Origin: a candidate division WWE3 bacterium
Lineage (GTDB): Bacteria; Patescibacteriota; WWE3; UBA101185; UBA10185
NCBI GenBank assembly: GCA_052035175.1
Contig: JBPOHV010000001.1
Location: forward strand, 853,251 to 917,250
DNA length: 64,000 bases
Reading direction: 5' to 3'
The notes under the pieces are model-generated. The model saw only the letters and a program-made list of their open reading frames with translations. It searched no databases and was not told the origin of the DNA. The position numbers were made by a program, and so were the translations under genes. Shown here piece by piece: positions 46,726-58,411 of the stretch. Each line of letters starts with the position of its first letter. Within the stretch, counting starts at the first letter, position 1.

Positions 46726-47427
46726 ATGCAAAATATTACAAATGAAAAACCGCAAAAAAAATTGACCGCCAGATTAAATGCCAGTGTAAACTTTGTCGAT
46801 ACAAATGATATTACAAACAAAACTATTTTGGATATCGGTTGTGGGTATGGATGGTTTGAAATGTACGCACTTCGACAAAATGCTAAACAAATATATGCAT
46901 GTGAAGTCTCAGAAAGCGACTTGTCTACAATTAGAAATAATGTAGTCGACCAAAAACTTCAAATCCAAGTAGGTGACGCAACGAAACTTACTTTTCAAAA
47001 TGAAACGTTTGATACATTGGTATGCTGGGAAGTTATTGAACATATACCTGTCGATACCGAAGATATGTTATTTTCTGAAGCAGCTAGAGTCCTTAAACCA
47101 AATGGAGTGCTGTATTTATCTACACCTTTTGATTCCATACCAGCTAAAATCTTCGACCCCGCTTGGTGGTTAACAGGGCATAGGCACTATAACTTGAATA
47201 AATTAAACGAATTTGCACTAAAACATTCGTTTATTATTGAGAAATCCACTGTATTTGGCGGATGGTGGCTGATACTAGATATTTTAAATATGTATATTTC
47301 AAAGTGGTTATTTCATAGAAAAAGGTTTTTTAGTGCAGTTTTTGACCAACATGTTAACAATGAATATACTAAACCAAATGGTTTTGTGAATATCTTTGTA
47401 AAATTTAAGAAAATGCACAATGCTTAA
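46726..47427 (+). CDS. class I SAM-dependent methyltransferase
   Basis: LDIGCGYG, EVIEHI, RVLKPNG. Confidence 0.9.
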   Translation: MQNITNEKPQKKLTARLNASVNFVDTNDITNKTILDIGCGYGWFEMYALRQNAKQIYACEVSESDLSTIRNNVVDQKLQIQVGDATKLTFQNETFDTLVCWEVIEHIPVDTEDMLFSEAARVLKPNGVLYLSTPFDSIPAKIFDPAWWLTGHRHYNLNKLNEFALKHSFIIEKSTVFGGWWLILDILNMYISKWLFHRKRFFSAVFDQHVNNEYTKPNGFVNIFVKFKKMHNA

Positions 47428-48124
47428 AAATTATTTGCAAAATTTATATAGAGATGCCGAAGAGTTAAATACACAAAATGTAATGGCTGCTTTAAAAATT
47501 ACAGGCCCACATGAGAAGCTATTAGATGTTGGTTGCTGGGATGGCGTCGCGACACAAAATTGGATTAATGCAGCACAGGCAACAAAAGTATATGGGATTG
47601 AACCAATAAAAAATGCAGCAGAACAAGCCAAAAACAAAAATATCGAGGTCGCGCAAATAACAGCCGACAAAGATACATGGCCATTTGAAAGCAACTCAAT
47701 AGATTGTATTGTGTCTAATCAAGTAATTGAACATTTATCGGATGTGGATCACTTCTTTACTGAAGTACAAAGAGTACTCAGACCAAATGGTTACATAATT
47801 ACAAGTACAAACAATCTTTCAAGTTTTCATAATATACTCAGCTTGATATTTGGATTTGCTCCATTTGATTTAACTAACTCATCTAAAAAAGTCAGTGGTA
47901 TAGGCAACCCTTTAGCTTTACATAAAGGGGAAAATGACCCACGAGGAAGCTCCTGGACACATAAATGTATATATACACCAAAATGGTTAGGCGACTGGCA
48001 ACTTGCGTACAATCTTAAACCAATCAACTACTATGGAGCTGGGCTTTACCCCTTCCCCGCCAAGCTGGGGCAAACAATAAAACTGTACAGCGCTTTTATA
48101 ACAATAGTTTGTCAAAAAAAATGA
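47420..48124 (+). CDS. class I SAM-dependent methyltransferase
   Basis: LDVGCWDG, NQVIEHL, RVLRPNG. Confidence 0.9.
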   Translation: MLKNYLQNLYRDAEELNTQNVMAALKITGPHEKLLDVGCWDGVATQNWINAAQATKVYGIEPIKNAAEQAKNKNIEVAQITADKDTWPFESNSIDCIVSNQVIEHLSDVDHFFTEVQRVLRPNGYIITSTNNLSSFHNILSLIFGFAPFDLTNSSKKVSGIGNPLALHKGENDPRGSSWTHKCIYTPKWLGDWQLAYNLKPINYYGAGLYPFPAKLGQTIKLYSAFITIVCQKK

Positions 48125-49284
48125 AAATATGCTTTTATGCAACAACAATACTAGAACACGGTCGTGGATTAGAAAAATATTTTATTGATACCTCCACCAA
48201 GCTAAACGGAACAAATAATCTAATGATCGACATTGTCACTATGGATGACAATTTTTCTCACAAGATATTAGACCTGTTAAGTATATATACCTTTAAAAAG
48301 ATAGATCATGCAGTTCTATATAGTGAAAATAGCGAAAGCATAAAACAAAAACTTGGAAGTGTGAATTATTATAAATGTAAATCATTCGAGGAGGTCAGAA
48401 ATAAACTGAATGAGTATGATTTGATATACAGCAAAAATGAATTGTTAGAAGCATTTATCTTTAAGTTCTTTATAAAGTATAGTACTTTACCTCCCATAAT
48501 ATTTGGATGTCATACGAGTCTGCATTACCCAGTCACACTAAACTTTATGCAAAGATTTAGAAATATCCTCTACTCTAGTTTCATCTACAAATTCTTGTCT
48601 TCAGGTGTAAAAGCCTTTCACACACTCAACTCGTATGACACACAGTTTACACAAAAGCTTTTCCCACATAAACCTGTTATCAAAATTTATAACTCATTAG
48701 ACTTCGATGCATTTTTAAAAAAAGTAGATACCACAAATTATAAATTTGATATAAAAAAACTGAAAGTACTGTGGATAGGTGCTATCACAGAGATGAAAGG
48801 CATTAACGATCTGATACAAATCATCACGCACTTAAATGAAAGAAGTGATACTTACAAACAAATTCAGTGGATAATAGTTGGCAGTGGAAGTGATAAATAT
48901 AAAATCGACAGTTTACAAAGAAAATACGACAATATCTTTGTGCTTGGTCAACTGGCTGCTGACCGAATACCAGGGTTAATGAAACAATGTAACTTGCACA
49001 TATCAACAAGCAAAGCAGAAACATTTAGCTATGTAACATTAGAAGCTAACTGCAGCGGCTTGCCTAGCTTTTCATATAAAACAAGCGGACAGAGTGATAT
49101 TATTGATAACGGTATAAATGGATTGTTACTAGATAGTACAGACCAATTCATTTTAGAAATTAATAATTTTATAGAAAAAAAATATATATTTACTGATACT
49201 AGTAGTTATATAAAACAAAAGTTTGATAGCACAAGTTTACTTAAACAATTAAGTGATATGTTCTTAAGTTTTAAACAAAGGTAA
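48121..49284 (+). CDS. glycosyltransferase family 4
   Basis: MKI, KG, ETFSYVTLEANCSGLP. Confidence 0.85.
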   Translation: MKICFYATTILEHGRGLEKYFIDTSTKLNGTNNLMIDIVTMDDNFSHKILDLLSIYTFKKIDHAVLYSENSESIKQKLGSVNYYKCKSFEEVRNKLNEYDLIYSKNELLEAFIFKFFIKYSTLPPIIFGCHTSLHYPVTLNFMQRFRNILYSSFIYKFLSSGVKAFHTLNSYDTQFTQKLFPHKPVIKIYNSLDFDAFLKKVDTTNYKFDIKKLKVLWIGAITEMKGINDLIQIITHLNERSDTYKQIQWIIVGSGSDKYKIDSLQRKYDNIFVLGQLAADRIPGLMKQCNLHISTSKAETFSYVTLEANCSGLPSFSYKTSGQSDIIDNGINGLLLDSTDQFILEINNFIEKKYIFTDTSSYIKQKFDSTSLLKQLSDMFLSFKQR

Positions 49285-49286
49285 AT

Positions 49287-50363
49287 ATGTCGACAATCAT
49301 ACAAGAACATCAACCAAAAATCTCAGTAGTAACCCCAGCATACAGAAGGCCAGATTATTTACGAGAACTTATCGAATCATTCCTTAAACAAAGTTACAAA
49401 AATTCTGAACTTGTTATTAGTGATGATAGTTCTAGCGACACACGTGTACAAATACTCGTGCAAGAATACACCAGATTAAATAGCAATATTGTGTATATCA
49501 AAAATGAAGAGAATTTGGGGTTTTGCAAGAATCTACTCAAAAGTATTATGAATGCTCATGGTGACTACATACTTATTATGGGTGATGATGATATTTTGGT
49601 TAATGAAAATACATTAAGCACGTATGTAAATATTTTTGAAACTAATAAAAACATTGGCTATGTTTATGCAAATCAAATACAATTCACAAAAGATCTTAGG
49701 GTTGACTATATCTATAAACACTTTGATACAGATCAATTGTTTGAAACAACAGAAAAAGCCCTCAAAAAACCTTGGTTACTTTCATGTTTCATATCTGGTA
49801 TAGGTCTGAGGAATTATATAGATTTTGAAGCACTATACCCAAAGGACAATATATTATTTCCACAAGTAGAACTTATCGGTAAAATCCTAGGAGAATATCA
49901 AGCCTATGGAATTTCAAAATATTTAATAGGTGCACGAGCGCACGATCAACAATTGGGCTTTGCTGCAGTAAAGAATCAAAACATAAAAGACAACGAAAAG
50001 CATTCTGTATACGAATTAAACACGGTTTATAAGAACGTGATAAATTACTATAAAGATGAACTTCATAAACCATTCGTTGTTGAAAATTCATTTGTAAACG
50101 AATTCTTTGAACAAAAACACATGACTATTTTTCCAAGTGAAAAAATAAATACAAATAATTCAGCAATTATAAAAGTCTTTTACCAAGCAGTAAAAAATAA
50201 CCCAAATGTTTTATTTAACATCACTTTTGTGACATATTTTTTAGTATCATTGATTCTACCAGCCAAAATACTATATAAACTCAAAGAATGGAAAAAACAC
50301 CAGTATGTATCAAAGTTCCCTGATCAAATAAAAAGTTTTAATCAATTTGTGACATGGAAGTAA
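49287..50363 (+). CDS. glycosyltransferase family 2
   Basis: ISVVTPAY, SDDSS, NEENLG, GDDD. Confidence 0.9.
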   Translation: MSTIIQEHQPKISVVTPAYRRPDYLRELIESFLKQSYKNSELVISDDSSSDTRVQILVQEYTRLNSNIVYIKNEENLGFCKNLLKSIMNAHGDYILIMGDDDILVNENTLSTYVNIFETNKNIGYVYANQIQFTKDLRVDYIYKHFDTDQLFETTEKALKKPWLLSCFISGIGLRNYIDFEALYPKDNILFPQVELIGKILGEYQAYGISKYLIGARAHDQQLGFAAVKNQNIKDNEKHSVYELNTVYKNVINYYKDELHKPFVVENSFVNEFFEQKHMTIFPSEKINTNNSAIIKVFYQAVKNNPNVLFNITFVTYFLVSLILPAKILYKLKEWKKHQYVSKFPDQIKSFNQFVTWK

Positions 50364-51010
50364 ATACACATATGCAAAAAAATGAAGCAACTACAAAAAC
50401 ATATATTCAAAATAATAGAATGTTTCCTTTTGGTTCACACAGCATTATAAAGAACATAATTGGTACAAATAAAATAGTTCTTGATGTAGGATGTGCTTCG
50501 GGAGATTTGGGTAGATTGTGTGAAAATAATACTTTCTACGGCATTGATGGAAACACAGACGCTATAAATAAAGCAAAACTTATTTATAAAGACGTAAAGC
50601 TAATAGATCTTAACCTTATACCAGCAAACCCGCTGTTCGACGAGAAATTTGATTATATAATTTTCGCCGATGTGCTAGAACATTTGTTATATCCTGAACA
50701 ATTGCTTATGCATTTTAGAAATTATCTTAAACCAGAGGGTAAAATTATAGTGTCATTGCCAAATGTAGCTTTGTGGAGAATTAGGCTTCTTTTACTCGCA
50801 GGAAAGTTTGATTATACAGATTACGGTGTCTTAGACCGCACGCACTTACATTTGTATACATTTGATACTGCAAAGAAGCTGCTTACTACTGTCGGTCTAA
50901 ATGTAATATCAGAACAGGGTGCAGCTTACACATTTGGGCAACTGCTTAAAGTACATAAACTTTTACGAAATCTGTTTAGCGTACACATAATTATCGAAGC
51001 TAGAATATGA
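50354..51010 (+). CDS. class I SAM-dependent methyltransferase
   Basis: LDVGCASG, ADVLEHL, SLPNVA, GVLDRTHL. Confidence 0.9.
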   Translation: MEVNTHMQKNEATTKTYIQNNRMFPFGSHSIIKNIIGTNKIVLDVGCASGDLGRLCENNTFYGIDGNTDAINKAKLIYKDVKLIDLNLIPANPLFDEKFDYIIFADVLEHLLYPEQLLMHFRNYLKPEGKIIVSLPNVALWRIRLLLLAGKFDYTDYGVLDRTHLHLYTFDTAKKLLTTVGLNVISEQGAAYTFGQLLKVHKLLRNLFSVHIIIEARI

Positions 51011-53133
51011 CGATATTGAAAAGATATTGGGTCCTAATAGCCCTGCTAGCTCTTAACATCTTTACACATAAAGTATGGATATTTAATACCGACTTTCTCA
51101 CATACGGTGATGCGCGTGTATATGTGCAAGATACGCAATTGCAGCTAGCAAATGATAGTACTCAAATATATAGTGCATCAAACACACTTGGTAACATAGA
51201 ATTAAGTGGCGGAACAAAGCTTATAGAATTAGTACATGGACTTCTCGCAAAAGTCGGTGTATTTTACCCAATTTCATTTAGAATAATTTATTTGTACCCT
51301 TTTGTTTTTTTGGCACCCATCATTGCATATTATTTTTTTAAAAAGTTTATTAAATCAGAAGTTGGTATCTTTTGTGCAGCCGTTGTCTATTTATTTAATA
51401 CTTATACATTAATACTTCAATCGGCTGGTGTTCTTATGCTTTTGGCCGATATGTTCATTTTGTTACTACTATTGTTTTATTACAAATTCTTTTATGAAAA
51501 AAAGTCGATTACGAACTTTGCTATGGCTAGTTTCAGCGGATTCTTAATTAGTACATATGATTTCAGAGTTTTTTATATTGCATGCATCATCACATCTATC
51601 TTTGTAGTACATTACTTCTTCTTTATAAAAAAAGATATACGAGTATTCTTTTGGCACTGTGCGCTAATTGCGATGGTCATCTTGCTAAATATGCATTGGA
51701 TTCTGGCGTTACTCACTTTGGGTAAACTCTCAACTAATGAATTATTTTCACGTGGCTTATTTGGAAGTTCATATTTTGATGTGGTAAGTGCACTACTTCT
51801 ATTTCATAGATTCTGGACTTTTGCAAAACCAGCGGCCTTTGTAAACCAACTAATACCAATCCACTTTTGGCTTATACCTGTATTTGTATTTGGCGGCATT
51901 TCCTATGCAAAAAAAGACAAATTAAGCATTTTTTTTATGTTAATCTCGATACTTGGTGTTTTTTTGACAAAACAAGAAGATATACCTTTTACCCAAATAT
52001 ATAACTGGCTATACAACAATGTACCGGGGTTTAATGCATTCAGAGAAGCGTCTAAGTTTTATATACTCACTGTCATCGGGTATAGTGGGTTGGTCGGCTA
52101 CTTTGCACAAGGAGTCTCTCAAGACAAAAAAATCTCAAAATTACCCAGATTAATAATATACATAGCTGTAACAGCAACATTTATGCTCAACACCATACCT
52201 CTTATCACAGGAACTTTCGCAACACTGTTCACACCAAGAACACAACCTGAAGACTATAAAACACTCAACAACTTTCTTAAAGAAGATGGCGATACATTTA
52301 GAACATTATGGGTTCCGATAAATTCTAAATGGGGTGTCTATACAAATGCAAAACCTGCTATAAGCGCTGTAGAAATCGAAAATAATATTTCAGGTTTCGA
52401 AAAAACACCAAGTTATGTCAACTATATCAGGCCAGATAATAGTGTAGTAAACATACTAAGACAAAGCTATACACCAGATATTTTAAATAGATACGCTATT
52501 AAATACATAATTATTCCTCTGCGCGATACAGCAAATGAAGATGACTTCTTTAAAGATTATGGAAATAATAGACAACACTATATAGATATTACAAACAGCC
52601 TAACATTTTTGGAAAAGCTCAACATTAACACACAAGATGTTATTGTTTACCGCAATAATAACTATAAACCAAGAATTTATATGACCAGCACACTTGAAAA
52701 AGTCGATAAACAAGTTGACTTAATACAAGTCGAGTACGAACAAATACAACCCACGCAATACAAACTAAAGCTCAAAAATATTAGCAACACTATGTATATA
52801 AACTTCTCTGAAAACTACTCAACCGGATGGCAAATGTATACTATGCCAATAAATTGGTGGAATATAGCAACAAAAAGAACGCTACCCATAAGCAACATCA
52901 GTAATATAAAAAATGATATTGGATTAAACACATTTGTAATTGAACCTAACATTATAAAAACTACACTTTCTCCCGACCAATACGTTGTCAATAAAGATGG
53001 GTCTATGGACATAGATCTTATACTCTATTACAAACCACAAAGTGTTTATCAGCTGGGACTACTTATCTCTACTAGCGTGGCAATTATACTTTTTAGTGCT
53101 ACTTTAGTTAAAATAAAGAGGACTTATGATTAA
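51007..53133 (+). CDS. polytopic membrane protein (GT-C-like)
   Basis: ~11 TMs, GD near the N-terminus, PGFNAFREASKF, RTLWVP, extracellular C-terminal domain. Confidence 0.7.
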   Translation: MTILKRYWVLIALLALNIFTHKVWIFNTDFLTYGDARVYVQDTQLQLANDSTQIYSASNTLGNIELSGGTKLIELVHGLLAKVGVFYPISFRIIYLYPFVFLAPIIAYYFFKKFIKSEVGIFCAAVVYLFNTYTLILQSAGVLMLLADMFILLLLLFYYKFFYEKKSITNFAMASFSGFLISTYDFRVFYIACIITSIFVVHYFFFIKKDIRVFFWHCALIAMVILLNMHWILALLTLGKLSTNELFSRGLFGSSYFDVVSALLLFHRFWTFAKPAAFVNQLIPIHFWLIPVFVFGGISYAKKDKLSIFFMLISILGVFLTKQEDIPFTQIYNWLYNNVPGFNAFREASKFYILTVIGYSGLVGYFAQGVSQDKKISKLPRLIIYIAVTATFMLNTIPLITGTFATLFTPRTQPEDYKTLNNFLKEDGDTFRTLWVPINSKWGVYTNAKPAISAVEIENNISGFEKTPSYVNYIRPDNSVVNILRQSYTPDILNRYAIKYIIIPLRDTANEDDFFKDYGNNRQHYIDITNSLTFLEKLNINTQDVIVYRNNNYKPRIYMTSTLEKVDKQVDLIQVEYEQIQPTQYKLKLKNISNTMYINFSENYSTGWQMYTMPINWWNIATKRTLPISNISNIKNDIGLNTFVIEPNIIKTTLSPDQYVVNKDGSMDIDLILYYKPQSVYQLGLLISTSVAIILFSATLVKIKRTYD

Positions 53134-54790
53134 TCAATACATATTAGGTACCCTGGAAGATATAACAGGGTACTTCGTGTTTCCACATTTTTATGACTTG
53201 ATAAGAACAGAAAACTTTTTGATATATGGGTTTCCATATGGCTTAGCGCACTCACTCCAGTCATACTCCGAACCATTATTGCTAGCGGTATTATTCTTTT
53301 TTGCACGATTTTTTAGTCCAATTAATATATATAACCTGTTTGTGGTTGGTACATTTCTTATTACATTTTTGGCTGCAACAAGCTTTTTTAAGCAGTTTAT
53401 AACAAATAAGGCGTTATCTGGCGCACTAGCGATACTTTATACATTTTCTCCATACCTGATTTATCACTCTCAGGCACACCCGCAACTGACACAAATATGG
53501 CTTGCGATAACTTTTCTAACATTACACCTTACATGGAAACAAAAAAGAGTATATAAATATGCTTTTCTGGGACTACTTTTGGGAGTAACAATACTTACTA
53601 GCAATTATATTGGGTTTTTCTCACTTATCTTTTTTAGTACATACAGTTTTATCAACATTTGCGTATTAATTATTACAAAAGCTCCGTGGAAACCAATATT
53701 TATAGAACTGGGAAAAATACTTTTATGTTTATCTATAGCCGCAGTAATTACACTTAGCTGGGCAAAAGTGTTTTTTGGTACCACTACCAATGATATAGAC
53801 TCATTAGAAAGACCTATCGGAGATTTTGTCATCTTTAGTCCAAAACCATGGTCTTATATTTTACCACCCGCAGACAATTTTATATTTGGAAATATAACAA
53901 AAAACATCGTTGATGTGACACAAAGTAAGTGGGGATACTTCTGGACACAAAATTATTTTAAGTCTGAAATTAGCCCAACTTATATAGGTATCTCAAATCT
54001 TATACTTATTGCCCTCGGTTGCTTGTATCTTAAACAAAACCACAATACAAGTGTTTTACTTTTGGGACTCACAACAATAATATTAATCTTTGTTACTCTC
54101 CCGCCTTACTTTACAATAAATACGCATACCTTTTACTTACCAAGCTTTTTAGTATGGAAGTATTTCCCAATGTTTAGAGTGCTAGCAAGGGGTGCTTTCT
54201 TAACGTATCTCATTGTACTGCTCTACTCTGGTCTCGGAGTCGAGTATCTAATCAATAAGTATAAAAAAGCTGGTAGTTTAATAGCATGTTTTCTTATATG
54301 TTTTTCATTTGCTGAACATTTAGTACCATTTGAAATTACTAAAGTATCGCCAACACCACAAATATACCAATACATCAAAACAGAGATACCTAGTGATGCA
54401 CCAATAGTTATATACCCATTAAAGTATACTGATAATGCATTTTATTGGATGTCATACCATGCGCACCCTTTAATCAATCCAAATAACTATCAATCACCAA
54501 AAAACAATTACATAGCAAATGACTTATCTAACAAGCTGAATACATGCATAGGAATAATGAAAGCAAAAAGTCTGGGTGCCAAATATGCTATAGTGTTTTC
54601 ATCTGAAAATGATACAAATTTCTTTGTAAACACAAATGTTTTAAAAGAGATTAAGCGTATACCGGGAGCTAGCATAAATGCGAGTAATGAGCGTAGGTAT
54701 GTTTTTTTGAATGTAAATGATGCAACCGTTGTACCAGATGCAATTATATATGAGTTCGTAAATGATCAAACATGTCATCAAAATTACTAG
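53126..54790 (+). CDS. polytopic membrane protein (GT-C-like)
   Basis: GFPYG, FSPY, YIG, PMFRVLAR, many TMs. Confidence 0.7.
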   Translation: MINQYILGTLEDITGYFVFPHFYDLIRTENFLIYGFPYGLAHSLQSYSEPLLLAVLFFFARFFSPINIYNLFVVGTFLITFLAATSFFKQFITNKALSGALAILYTFSPYLIYHSQAHPQLTQIWLAITFLTLHLTWKQKRVYKYAFLGLLLGVTILTSNYIGFFSLIFFSTYSFINICVLIITKAPWKPIFIELGKILLCLSIAAVITLSWAKVFFGTTTNDIDSLERPIGDFVIFSPKPWSYILPPADNFIFGNITKNIVDVTQSKWGYFWTQNYFKSEISPTYIGISNLILIALGCLYLKQNHNTSVLLLGLTTIILIFVTLPPYFTINTHTFYLPSFLVWKYFPMFRVLARGAFLTYLIVLLYSGLGVEYLINKYKKAGSLIACFLICFSFAEHLVPFEITKVSPTPQIYQYIKTEIPSDAPIVIYPLKYTDNAFYWMSYHAHPLINPNNYQSPKNNYIANDLSNKLNTCIGIMKAKSLGAKYAIVFSSENDTNFFVNTNVLKEIKRIPGASINASNERRYVFLNVNDATVVPDAIIYEFVNDQTCHQNY

Positions 54791-55116
54791 TCACACTATT
54801 AATACTGACATCTATACTGCCTGGCATAAGTAGAAAAGCTGCGCTCGCACTGAGTGTTGTATCTATTACACTCACCTTGTACGATTCAAAAGACACATTG
54901 AACTTTATAAGTATACTTCTTGCAATATGCATAAGTTTCATCGTTTTTACATTGTTTGTTATTAACGAGAAATACTTTATGATAATCACTTTTACTAGTC
55001 TGTTATTAGGTATTGGATTCACTCTCATGCAAACAACAGAGTTTGTGAAAATTGTAGGAGTATTCGTTTTTTTGTTACTGCCAATAACCACAATAAGGAT
55101 TATCTTAAATGAGTAA
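54772..55116 (+). CDS. small membrane protein
   Basis: Four hydrophobic segments; translationally coupled within the operon. Confidence 0.5.
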   Translation: MSSKLLVTLLILTSILPGISRKAALALSVVSITLTLYDSKDTLNFISILLAICISFIVFTLFVINEKYFMIITFTSLLLGIGFTLMQTTEFVKIVGVFVFLLLPITTIRIILNE

Positions 55117-57139
55117 CACACACAAATATCTATTAACGCTCATTACTGCGATAATCATATTTAGCACTGACACCATCTATGCATCTACAAAGTATGAGTA
55201 TTATAAAAATGTATTACAAGAGATTTCAATTAAAGCAACGTATACTAGTCCCACAGATAATTATGACACCGATACACTAATATTCTTATCTGAGTATAAA
55301 CTCGAGAATAAAAGCATAAAAGAACTAGCTCAGAAAGTAAACACACTAGTTGTTGTCTGTGATAATCAAGAAACAATAATCCTAAAAGATTTTAGCTGTA
55401 ACTCTAGCGAAATAACAAACTATAGTAATCTTGTAAGTATTAGCAATCAAGATTCTATTGAATTGAAATTTATAGACACTATGCTCTCTAATACACATCT
55501 AATAGTGTTACCGCAGTATTATCTAATATCTATGCAACATAGGAATTTATTGGCTAATTACTTTGAAGCAAAAGATGTATCTGATGTTGTATCAACTGCA
55601 ACATCCAAAACTAACACCAATAGATCTTACAGTTCTATAATTTACGTATTTATAAGTGTAATTACATTAACTATTTTTGTATTATTCTTATACGAACTAG
55701 AGCAAAACAAAACCCATATCAAAAAAAGATTAGAGAACTTCTTTTCTTTGTATTACAAAACAAATCTGTATGTATTTTTATACTTATTAACGCCTTTACC
55801 AATCGCACTTGGGTACATAATATATAAGTTTCGTGACAATAAAACTGACTACATTATAAGTGTACTTCTAGATGCTTTTGTTATAGGCAAAAATAACTTG
55901 GGAGCAACTATTAATACAACGTTAATAATAGGCGCATTATCATACATCTCGCTTTTCCTCTTCTCATTAAGTTGGATTTGTATTAAACCATTGAGATCTT
56001 TTATCAAGCAACTGCATAACCAATCACGCGTCCACGATTTAAATAGTATTGCAGGAGAAGTTATATTTTTTGTGTGCATATGCGTTAGCATTGCAATACA
56101 AGCGTTTATTGATAAAGGTAATCATGGATATATAGCTGTGTTCTTTCTGTGCTTGGGAATATTAATAAGATTTTTTATAACTAAGCCGTTAAAGCTATCA
56201 AAATACTTTATACCAATCGCAATAGTTTTAGTACTAAGTAGCTTTATCAAGCAACGAAGCATACAAAATTATACTTATATACCTCTGCTAGATAACAACA
56301 TTAAGTTTGCATTTTTACCAGTAAAGATACAGACCGATGACAACATCAAATACCAAGATTTTATAATTGATGATTCATTCAGTGTTTTTGTAAATAATTA
56401 TCTAGCAGTACACCCAAACTTCAATAAAGTTGTGAACACATCGATTGAAAATTTTGACGCTAGCACAAATTATTATATAACTGCCCCAAATATAACTACA
56501 TTGGCTAACGCTATGGCGCGAAATAAAAGTTTGATACCTATACTAACAGTACCTACACAAGATATAGCTAACTATGAAACATATACTGCTGTAGAGCTAA
56601 CAAATGTTCATGCTACGACTTACCAAATGAAACTAACTATAGAATGCGTCAAACCGCACGAAGGGATGGAAGTTTCATTACGAATTTACAATAAGGCTTC
56701 TGCAGAAAAAAATAAACAGTATAGTAACCTTGAGCTTTACGACTTAGCAGGATGTGCTGCGGGTGATAAACAAGCAACTCTATTACCTTTACCTACATCA
56801 TACCTAACAAATGATATGAATATTCTTCAAATTCTACCTTCAAAGGAATCTAATACACTAAATGGAATTAAAGCATCTACTGTAATATTGAGTGATAATA
56901 AAGAAATACCAAGTTATACACTGCATGCAAACAATCGTATCTATGCACAAAAACTAGATGCGAAGAGTTCAAACACAGTATTTGTATACATGATAGATGA
57001 TAGTCCGCAGCTAACTATAGAAAAGCAAGCAGCTACATACAATTTATCTGAATTAATAAATTCTCAACTAATCAATAGAAAACCTACTGAAATAGAAATA
57101 TGGAGCCCACAACATAATGCCTTATTTATTGCTAGGTAA
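55109..57139 (+). CDS. membrane protein, hypothetical
   Basis: Signal peptide, central TM bundle, soluble domains. Confidence 0.6.
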   Translation: MSNTHKYLLTLITAIIIFSTDTIYASTKYEYYKNVLQEISIKATYTSPTDNYDTDTLIFLSEYKLENKSIKELAQKVNTLVVVCDNQETIILKDFSCNSSEITNYSNLVSISNQDSIELKFIDTMLSNTHLIVLPQYYLISMQHRNLLANYFEAKDVSDVVSTATSKTNTNRSYSSIIYVFISVITLTIFVLFLYELEQNKTHIKKRLENFFSLYYKTNLYVFLYLLTPLPIALGYIIYKFRDNKTDYIISVLLDAFVIGKNNLGATINTTLIIGALSYISLFLFSLSWICIKPLRSFIKQLHNQSRVHDLNSIAGEVIFFVCICVSIAIQAFIDKGNHGYIAVFFLCLGILIRFFITKPLKLSKYFIPIAIVLVLSSFIKQRSIQNYTYIPLLDNNIKFAFLPVKIQTDDNIKYQDFIIDDSFSVFVNNYLAVHPNFNKVVNTSIENFDASTNYYITAPNITTLANAMARNKSLIPILTVPTQDIANYETYTAVELTNVHATTYQMKLTIECVKPHEGMEVSLRIYNKASAEKNKQYSNLELYDLAGCAAGDKQATLLPLPTSYLTNDMNILQILPSKESNTLNGIKASTVILSDNKEIPSYTLHANNRIYAQKLDAKSSNTVFVYMIDDSPQLTIEKQAATYNLSELINSQLINRKPTEIEIWSPQHNALFIAR

Positions 57140-58363
57140 TGTTGTGTAAATATTGGCTTTTATAAAATAAAAAATAAGCAATAACAATAAAAATATAGTA
57201 GCCGAGATATTCCCAATAATTACCTGCATAAGAGTTGAATGGAAATTGATAATTAATAGCATTTGCATACAAACAGCAGGAAATAACGGTTTCCACAAAT
57301 CTTGTCTATTAACTGACAACAAGAAAGTTAGCAAAAAATTTGCCAAAACATACAGACTCATAAAAACTGCAAACACTGGTATGTATGGAATAGCTAACTG
57401 AAACTTTGGAAAAAGCAGGGCAACAATCAAGTCAGGAAATAATACAAAAACAATTGCAGCAGGGACAACAAGCGCAAGCTGTAAAACCAAGAATCTCTTG
57501 AATAATCCCAAGGTACTCTCACCTTTTGAGTATGCACTAGCTACTTTTGGTAACATCACAACGACTACAGCACTGGTACCAAAAAGTATAATTTTTCCTA
57601 CAGTAACTACTGCTGAATAAACCCCTGCTAACTCAGGAGAAAAATAATGTTTAACTAATATCACATCAATATTAGTTAAAATCGCCAAACAAACATTAAC
57701 ATACATAACACCAACACCAAAACTAACTAATTTTTTATAATACGGTGAAAGCACCTCGTGTGAATACGCAGCGATATCTTTTTTTAAAAGTAAAAACCCT
57801 ATTAAATATGAAGCTATAGCTGCAAGCGCCATACCAAAAAAAACACCGTCAACTCTATAACCATAAAGCACAAACACACATGGAACAACCAAACGCAGAA
57901 GTAATGAAACCACATTCATCAAAGAGAATGTTCTAAAGCGTGAAAAACCTTGTAAAAAGTTTGCTGGTAAAGTTGTGACAAAAGACACTGAGATGAAGAA
58001 CACAAAATAATTAACAACCGTTAAGTTACTCAAATGTAGATATTCTACCAATGTGGATCTCGAAATAAATACCAACAAAGCTATACTTATACCAAACATG
58101 AGTAAAATCTTGGAAAATTTGTAAAATAAAGCGGATAAAACCGACCTGTTACCTGAAGAAAGTACATCTGAAATAAGTTTTATCAACGATGTGTTAAAAA
58201 TAACAATAGGAACTGTAAAGATAGAAAATAGTGACAATAGTACAATAAACTCACCATACTCAATTTGGGATAAAAATCTACCAAGAAATATTTGTAGTAT
58301 ATAACTAAGTATATTTCCTACAAAGACTCCTATTGCTACTATTAACGTATCTAATAAGTACAT
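57122..58363 (-). CDS. oligosaccharide flippase (Wzx/MOP family)
   Basis: ~12 TMs, LGRFLSQIEYG, DVILVKHYFSPELAGVYS. Confidence 0.85.
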   Translation of the reverse strand: MYLLDTLIVAIGVFVGNILSYILQIFLGRFLSQIEYGEFIVLLSLFSIFTVPIVIFNTSLIKLISDVLSSGNRSVLSALFYKFSKILLMFGISIALLVFISRSTLVEYLHLSNLTVVNYFVFFISVSFVTTLPANFLQGFSRFRTFSLMNVVSLLLRLVVPCVFVLYGYRVDGVFFGMALAAIASYLIGFLLLKKDIAAYSHEVLSPYYKKLVSFGVGVMYVNVCLAILTNIDVILVKHYFSPELAGVYSAVVTVGKIILFGTSAVVVVMLPKVASAYSKGESTLGLFKRFLVLQLALVVPAAIVFVLFPDLIVALLFPKFQLAIPYIPVFAVFMSLYVLANFLLTFLLSVNRQDLWKPLFPAVCMQMLLIINFHSTLMQVIIGNISATIFLLLLLIFYFIKANIYTTLPSNK

Positions 58364-58411
58364 ATTGCAAAAAGTATTTCAAAACAACTAACTACAGGCT
58401 ATCATGTAAAC